A stretch of 26,649 bases of DNA from a virus (taxonomy: Duplodnaviria > Caudoviricetes), in the IMG/VR virus record IMGVR_UViG_3300037851_000504, positions 1 through 26,649 of that record. One strand, given 5' to 3'. A program made the position numbers and the translations under genes. Below are positions 26,035-26,649 of the stretch, piece after piece. The notes below the pieces were generated by a model, which was not told the origin of the DNA, searched no databases, and saw nothing but the letters and a program-made list of their open reading frames with translations. The first letter of the stretch is position 1. Every line of letters starts with the position of its first letter.

Positions 26035-26250
26035 TCAGAACGGGCATGTTCCCCTCCTCCTGTGGTATTCCATTTCTTCTTTCTCTCTCTGCTCCTTGAC
26101 GCAGTACGAGCAGAGCGTCTTTGGGGAGAACTCCCAACCGTATTCGCGAAGCTGGCGCATTACGTCCTGCTCGTTCTTCCCGTAGCGGTCTGCCGTTATC
26201 TCGCACGACTCGCAAGTGGCGGTGCCAAGTACGTAAACCTCGATTTTCAT
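26035..26250 (-). CDS. Small Zn-finger-like protein
   Basis: CESC...YGW...LCSYC; GGAGG RBS and ATGA overlap with the resolvase stop. Confidence 0.75.
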   Translation of the reverse strand: MKIEVYVLGTATCESCEITADRYGKNEQDVMRQLREYGWEFSPKTLCSYCVKEQREKEEMEYHRRRGTCPF

Positions 26251-26649
26251 GGCGCCTCCCGCATCGCGCGCTTCACCGCCTCTGTCGCCACAGCAACGCC
26301 AGCAGCCACAACACCATGCCCAGCAATGAACGGCACCTCGTCGTGGAGCGGCGCGGCCTCACTCTCCCACAATGGCGAGCGAGGGTACTCGAATATATAT
26401 ATGGATCCGGTGTCCAGGTCGTACCACGCAACGAGCGAAAGTCCTCGCGAGGCAGCATGCTCCTGCAACGCACGGTGCTGGTGCGGCTCAAAGTCGCTCC
26501 AGCACAGCCTGCCCTTCCTAGCTTTGGCCTCGACCATTACCGAACGACCAGACGCCAGCACGCCTCGGAAGTCGCCTCCGGTCTTGCGCGCGAAAACCCA
26601 GCTTTTTCCGCATTTTACCATCGGAGTCGCAACCTTCTCGACGCACCGC
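26247..26649 (-). CDS. recU: RecU-like Holliday junction resolvase, 5'-truncated by the window edge
   Basis: Frame stays open to the window end (RCVEKVATPMVK...); GDFRG...VMVEAK...FEPHQHRAL...GLSLV matches RecU PD-(D/E)xK pattern. Confidence 0.75.
   Translation of the reverse strand, partial: RCVEKVATPMVKCGKSWVFARKTGGDFRGVLASGRSVMVEAKARKGRLCWSDFEPHQHRALQEHAASRGLSLVAWYDLDTGSIYIFEYPRSPLWESEAAPLHDEVPFIAGHGVVAAGVAVATEAVKRAMREAP

Larger units (their letters stand above)
1..26649. mobile_element. Tailed phage / prophage segment (siphovirus-like morphogenesis operon plus convergent early-gene cluster)
   Basis: Contiguous terminase, portal, capsid, neck and tail genes with many 1-8 nt stop/start overlaps; no host housekeeping genes, integrase or att site visible; no tail sheath gene recognised. 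Confidence 0.95.

Noticed and set aside
25227-26185. + strand ORFs after the last tail gene
   Set aside because: The - strand ORFs show RBSs, ATGA coupling and recognisable motifs; + strand ones do not
1-26649. tRNA/rRNA genes, integrase, att sites, host assignment
   Set aside because: None recognisable; intergenic gaps are nearly all too short, and the host cannot be assigned beyond a probable high-GC diderm

Overview
A GC-rich tailed-phage (or prophage) segment. From 11 to 25151 one tightly packed + strand morphogenesis operon runs in this order: lambda gpA-type terminase; a Maf/DUF115-family glycosyltransferase-like gene; two small genes (one Zn-ribbon); gpW-like adaptor; lambda-type portal; five Ser/Thr/Gly-rich appendage-like genes; HK97-type protease fused to major capsid; DUF2190 cement; a second fibre/beta-helix module; holin-like and spanin-like genes; neck genes; an internally duplicated tail tube; a very short tape measure; Dit/hub-like genes; an 880-aa tail protein. 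From 25197 to the window end a convergent - strand cluster holds a partial RecU-like resolvase, small Cys-rich genes and a C5-methyltransferase C-terminal remnant. Leading hypothesis: a virion protein-glycosylation system (Maf-type transferase plus Ser/Thr-rich appendages). All family calls come from motif recognition by eye, with no database searches. Several starts were moved downstream of the ORF-track starts based on RBS and gene overlaps.
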